Of a stretch of DNA of 64,000 nt, positions 63,658-64,000 are shown piece after piece; within the stretch, counting starts at the first letter, position 1, and the number at the start of each line of letters is the position of its first letter. Location of the stretch: NCBI GenBank assembly GCA_002269645.1, contig NIVC01000197.1, positions 124,001 through 188,000 of the forward strand, read 5' to 3'. The DNA comes from Macrostomum lignano. Taxonomy: Eukaryota. The notes beneath the pieces are model-generated. The model had not been told where the DNA came from. It saw only the letters and a program-made list of their open reading frames with translations, and made no database searches. The translations under genes and the position numbers were made by a program.

Positions 63658-64000
63658 CTAACTCCCAACATAACAACCTACTTACCGATATTTAGTATTT
63701 GGGACTCGTATTCAAGCCACACCAGTAACCAAGTATTATTGCAACAGAAGACAGTACAGAAATGTCGGCACCTTTAAAGCTTCAAAAAGACTGTCCCGCC
63801 ACTATTACAAAGAGCCGCCGCCGCCGCCCGCTAGCATGCTTCTCAAACAAAGACTCCAAACCAGCGGCACGGTCAACTGGAAAGTGCAAAGGGATTTAAC
63901 CAACTTATTAGCCATCGGACAGTGCGGTGAGGACAAAAGGAAAAAGGAGCAGCGTTATTAATAACGGACCGAGCGAACCCCCGACGGTTAATTTGCACCG

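Overview
Eukaryotic (metazoan) genomic DNA with GT-AG introns and very high repeat content. The gene set and style resemble a flatworm such as Macrostomum, but that is inference and not established from the sequence. Host genes: an adenosine kinase (+, 5' end not visible), an SLC23/NAT nucleobase-ascorbate transporter (-, with one frameshift) plus an orphan 3' fragment of a paralog, two tandem 6-exon tetraspanins (-), and an HR96/NR1J-type nuclear receptor (-). There is also a decayed KDM3/JMJD1 JmjC fragment. Mobile DNA: a degenerate Ngaro/DIRS-type tyrosine-recombinase retrotransposon, three hAT non-autonomous elements (two with perfect 8-bp TSDs), a P-element-like MITE, two THAP relics, and a piggyBac relic with TTAA TSD and long inverted arms. 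A 2.6-kb unit bounded by 205-bp inverted repeats encodes a PHIS/ISL2EU-like transposase C-terminal half running in frame into a ubiquitin-specific protease (USP) domain; this is the most novel-looking item. More than a dozen distinct tandem repeat arrays fill introns and intergenic space, including two higher-order satellites. No prokaryotic features, CRISPR arrays, rRNA or tRNA genes were recognised.
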